A DNA stretch of 52,638 nucleotides from Desulfobacterales bacterium (GTDB lineage Bacteria > Desulfobacterota > Desulfobulbia > Desulfobulbales > VMSU01). The DNA lies in NCBI GenBank assembly GCA_011330685.1, contig DRPV01000292.1, positions 1 to 52,638 on the forward strand. The letters are read 5' to 3'. The notes below the pieces were generated by a model. The model worked only from the letters and a program-made list of their open reading frames with translations, did not search any database and was not told the origin of the DNA. Both the position numbers and the translations under genes were made by a program. Shown one piece after another: positions 49,100 through 52,638 of this stretch; the stretch's first letter is position 1, and each line of letters opens with the position of its first letter.

Positions 49100-51757
49100 A
49101 TGAAAAAGGTTATCTGCCTGATTAACGTGCTAATTTTCTTTGCTCTCTGCAGTTATGCCGCGGCCTCGGTTATTGATTCTCCTCACAATGAGACCCACGG
49201 CATTAGTTGCGGCGACTGCCATACCTACTCCCTGTGGTGGCAATATTCACCAGCGGCCAATAACAGCACTACCCCTTATTCATCCATTACCGCCGCCGTC
49301 TGTAATAAATGTCACGGTGAGGGAGGTTACGCCCCCAACAAAGTCACCCATTCCGCCGCCTCCATGGGTGCCATGCATGACAAAAATCTCGGTGACTGGT
49401 CAACTAACTGCGTTGACTGCCATGATCCGCATTTCCAAGAGCAGCTCGGCTGGCTGTCCACTGACGAGGCTGCCCTCTATTTAGTAAACGGCAGCATTGA
49501 TCCCGGCTCTATTCAGGTTAATACCACCGCCAATACCACCACCTTTACCTATAACAACGCCGATTCATCCACCTTCTGGAGCGATCCCGCCAACTGGGGA
49601 GCAAAAACCTCCAATGGCCGGGGCCTGATTCTGGTGTTGAGCAAGGACAACCCAGGCAACACCTATGAAATAAACAGCGCCGTACAGACTACCGCTATTA
49701 CCCCCGGTACCCCAGGCGGCACCGGATCAATAACGGTACAGGGTATAATCCCCAGCAGTTATGACGGCAGCACCTTCGGTGTTATTTACGGCCAGTTAAT
49801 TAAGAAGACCATTACCACCCCCAGGCTGGATGCCAAAAACAACAAAATCAAAATGGATGTTAAGTTCTTCGATCCTGACATAACTTACGCCTCCGGAGAG
49901 GTCGGCGGTCTGGCTGATGGTTCCGGTCTGCCGCCCAAGGGTATCTGCCAGGTCTGTCATGCCTCGACCAAATATTATAATTACGACGGCCTGCAGCCCG
50001 ACCCGACAGATCCCAACTATCCCAACGGAGCCAGAATAGCAGTCAGCAAGCACTACAAAACCAAATGCACCGCCTGCCATATAACCCTGCTTGGTTTCAA
50101 GCCCTCATATCCGAATCATAACGTCTTTATTTCCGGCACGGGAACCAGCTGTGTCCATTGTCATAATGCCACTGATATTATCGCCGATACCCATAAATTT
50201 CACTGCGGAGACTGCCACTATCCCGGCCCGCCTACTCTGATTTCGCCCTTCCCCAGCCCCAAATGGCCCACCCCCGCGGGGGCCACCCGCAAAACCGGTA
50301 CCTGTTACGATTGCCACAGCGGTATAGCGGCTGATTTTACATCTCACCCCAACGCCCTTGATCATACCGGCCATGTGGATCCCAATCCCAGATGTACCGG
50401 ATGCCATTTCCACAGCAATAAAAACGTGATTACCGGCATTCATGTCACCAAGGTCTGTGCCACCTGCCACAACCTGACCTATGATGCCGCCACCGGTAAA
50501 TACACCGGCGATGGTGTCCTCATCAGCCTGGCAGCCCAGCACGGCCCCGGCGACTGCACCAATTGCCATACGGATATAGCCGCCAATTTCTTCGCCCATC
50601 CCACTTCCGGAGATCATACCGGTCTGGTGACAGCCACGACGCAATGCGCGGTCTGTCATACCGGCGATCCGGTAAAGAGCGTCCACAACAGTAACTGCGG
50701 CATGTGCCATGCCAACAAAACAGGTCTGCTCTACGGAGTTGCCAAAACCAACGGCCCCGGCGACTGCCTTAATTGCCATTCCACTTACAGTGATTTTGCC
50801 AGCCACACCCCGCCCCCGCACACAAGCCAGGTCAGCGCGGATGCCGCCTGTGTGAACTGCCATTCTAACCCGGATCTGGTTAGTGGTATTCATGGCCGTA
50901 ACGGCTGCGCCACCTGCCATGACAGCAAAGGGGTATTAGTCGGCTCCGCCACCGGCCATAGCGACGGCGGCAATTGCTCGGTTTGTCACAGCACCGAAGC
51001 CGCTGATCTGAGCGGGGGTACTCATCCCGCCACCAGCCACTCTAATACCACCGTTACCTCCATGGTTGACAGCAGCTGTGTGACCTGCCACGGCGGAGAT
51101 ACGGTTTCCATCGTCCACAACAACAATTGTTTAGACTGCCATGTGGCCTTGAATTCCACCCAGATTCACACCCTGAAGGGCAGCGCCGCCGGCCGGGAGG
51201 GCAATACGACCAATACCTGTGTTGACTGCCACACGGCCATTGCCGTCAGTTTCAACAATCACAACGCCTGGTCTCACAGTGTGCGGGTCAGCAGTACCGG
51301 TACCAGCTGCGCCTCCTGTCATCCCGGCGATCCCATCTTCACCATTCATCAGAAAAACGGCTATTGCGTTGACTGCCATGACAGCAATGACTGGCGACTC
51401 ATTGGCAGCGCCGCCGGCAAAGGAACCGGCAAACCAGCGGTCAAAGGTAATAACTGCATGGACTGCCATGGTGGTTTTCCGCTCCACGACTCCTTGAGCA
51501 TTGACTTAAGCCACTCAACCCAGGTCACAGCCACCCCGACATGTATCACCTCCGGGTGCCACGATCAGGTATCCGATCTCGGGGCAAATATTTACGTGGG
51601 TTCTAACAGCGTCCACGCCTCAGATACTTACGCGGGCACCGACAGCTGCGCGGCCTGCCACCTCGAGGACGGCAGCCTGAATCCACCGGCAATAGCAGGC
51701 GGCGGTGACTGCAAGACCTGTCATAGTGATGCCAAATACGACAACACGCCACATTAA
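49100..51757 (+). CDS. Exported multiheme c-type cytochrome (25 CxxCH + 1 CxxxxCH)
   Basis: Signal peptide; heme motifs counted by hand from the translation; GGAG RBS. Confidence 0.95.
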   Translation: MKKVICLINVLIFFALCSYAAASVIDSPHNETHGISCGDCHTYSLWWQYSPAANNSTTPYSSITAAVCNKCHGEGGYAPNKVTHSAASMGAMHDKNLGDWSTNCVDCHDPHFQEQLGWLSTDEAALYLVNGSIDPGSIQVNTTANTTTFTYNNADSSTFWSDPANWGAKTSNGRGLILVLSKDNPGNTYEINSAVQTTAITPGTPGGTGSITVQGIIPSSYDGSTFGVIYGQLIKKTITTPRLDAKNNKIKMDVKFFDPDITYASGEVGGLADGSGLPPKGICQVCHASTKYYNYDGLQPDPTDPNYPNGARIAVSKHYKTKCTACHITLLGFKPSYPNHNVFISGTGTSCVHCHNATDIIADTHKFHCGDCHYPGPPTLISPFPSPKWPTPAGATRKTGTCYDCHSGIAADFTSHPNALDHTGHVDPNPRCTGCHFHSNKNVITGIHVTKVCATCHNLTYDAATGKYTGDGVLISLAAQHGPGDCTNCHTDIAANFFAHPTSGDHTGLVTATTQCAVCHTGDPVKSVHNSNCGMCHANKTGLLYGVAKTNGPGDCLNCHSTYSDFASHTPPPHTSQVSADAACVNCHSNPDLVSGIHGRNGCATCHDSKGVLVGSATGHSDGGNCSVCHSTEAADLSGGTHPATSHSNTTVTSMVDSSCVTCHGGDTVSIVHNNNCLDCHVALNSTQIHTLKGSAAGREGNTTNTCVDCHTAIAVSFNNHNAWSHSVRVSSTGTSCASCHPGDPIFTIHQKNGYCVDCHDSNDWRLIGSAAGKGTGKPAVKGNNCMDCHGGFPLHDSLSIDLSHSTQVTATPTCITSGCHDQVSDLGANIYVGSNSVHASDTYAGTDSCAACHLEDGSLNPPAIAGGGDCKTCHSDAKYDNTPH

Positions 51758-51784
51758 ACAACAATCTTAAAACTCACAAATCAG

Positions 51785-51821
51785 AACCGGCCATGCTTAA
51801 GCAAGCATGGCCGGTTTTTTT
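51785..51821 (+). terminator. Intrinsic terminator after the cytochrome gene
   Basis: AACCGGCCATGCTT-AAGC-AAGCATGGCCGGTT followed by a T-run. Confidence 0.9.
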
Positions 51822-51871
51822 ATTTTTATTGATCACCACTCAATAGAAATCCTAAACTGATAAAAGTTTTT

Positions 51872-51900
51872 TTGACAATTTCCATCCAACTCCTTATGAT
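51872..51900 (+). promoter_or_regulatory. Near-consensus sigma70 promoter
   Basis: TTGACA-N17-TATGAT. Confidence 0.7.
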
Positions 51901-51938
51901 TCAGAAGAATGCTCAAAAAACCAACAGGGGAGGAAATT

Positions 51939-52484
51939 ATGCAGGAAACCGGCTACCTTAAGGAAAACAAAAAGGTTCTTGAACTGCTTAAAAGAATTAA
52001 AAAATTCCAAGCATTTTCCGATGACGACATAGAGGCCTTTCTTGAGGTAGGTAAATTAAAATCCTATGAGGCCGGAGAGACTATTATAAGCAAAGGTGAC
52101 AAGGATCAATGGGTTTATTTTCTGATTTCCGGGCAGGTAAAAATTGTCAAGGGTGAAAAGACCTTCGCGGTCTTAGAGGGCGGCGGCGACCTCTTTGGAG
52201 AAATGGGGGTCATTGACGGCGCCCCACGCTCGGCCAGCGTCTGGGCTCTGGCCAGAACAATGGTCTTAGGGCTGGATTGCAGTAATCTTGACCAGAGACT
52301 CAAAGACAATGCCAGGGTGTTTCAATATGCCGTATTCAGACTCTTCGCCGAAACCCTAGCCGAACGTCTACGGCAGACCGATGAAGAATTGTTAAAACTC
52401 CAGACCGAATTAAAGAAGAAGGATAAACTAATCGCCCAATTAAAAAAATCCGGCGGTCTGGAAGACGAAACTATCTGGGTGTAG
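51939..52484 (+). CDS. Cyclic-nucleotide-binding domain protein without HTH
   Basis: GDLFGEMGVIDGAPRSASV phosphate-binding cassette; coiled-coil tail; GGAGG RBS before ATG 51939. Confidence 0.88.
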   Translation: MQETGYLKENKKVLELLKRIKKFQAFSDDDIEAFLEVGKLKSYEAGETIISKGDKDQWVYFLISGQVKIVKGEKTFAVLEGGGDLFGEMGVIDGAPRSASVWALARTMVLGLDCSNLDQRLKDNARVFQYAVFRLFAETLAERLRQTDEELLKLQTELKKKDKLIAQLKKSGGLEDETIWV

Positions 52485-52494
52485 CCCCCTTTTC

Positions 52495-52638
52495 GTAACC
52501 GTTCAGCCAAGGCAACAAATTGCCCTTAACTGTGAGCTGTAACCGTTCAGATGTGCTCCAGGTTCGTTCGTTTTGGCCACCGAGTCTGTACACCCCGTAC
52601 GTGAGGTGGACAAAACGGACGAAAATGGGGTGCAGCTG
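52495..52638 (+). mobile_element. MITE-like element, GTAAC subfamily, cut by the window end
   Basis: Identical to 44305-44448 except one T/C difference over 144 bp. Confidence 0.93.

Noticed and set aside
50105-50920. 271-aa antisense ORF and other shadow ORFs
   Set aside because: They lie opposite well-supported genes and are explained by codon bias.

Overview
A 52.6 kb chromosomal segment, probably from a Desulfobacterota (Desulfobulbales-like) bacterium; this is inferred from gene content and protein style. It begins in the 3' end of an ISAzo13-like transposase and ends inside a repeat, so both edges look like assembly breaks. In order it holds: a PEP-CTERM/XrtA-type exopolysaccharide export locus (PrsT-like TPR protein, Wza-like export protein, beta-barrel, chain-length determinant, ExeA-like ATPase, BY-kinase, priming sugar transferase, glmS, epimerase, ugd); a sigma54 activator with a small Cys-rich partner; a cold-shock/ABC-F cluster; a tolQRAB-cpoB operon lacking pal; an orphan PAS histidine kinase; a MORN plus triple DUF1566 gene pair; GT-C and GT2 glycosyltransferases; ettA; a hipBA-type module inside the rfbDB-GT2 run; an FG-GAP protein; a 26-heme cytochrome with seven tandem triheme modules; and a stand-alone cNMP-binding protein. 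The most striking non-coding signal is about 15 copies or remnants of one family of small non-autonomous elements. They have GTAA(C/G) terminal inverted repeats, 8-bp target-site duplications, an extra internal copy of the end motif 43-46 bp inside one end, and a cargo hairpin whose pairing is conserved while its sequence changes.
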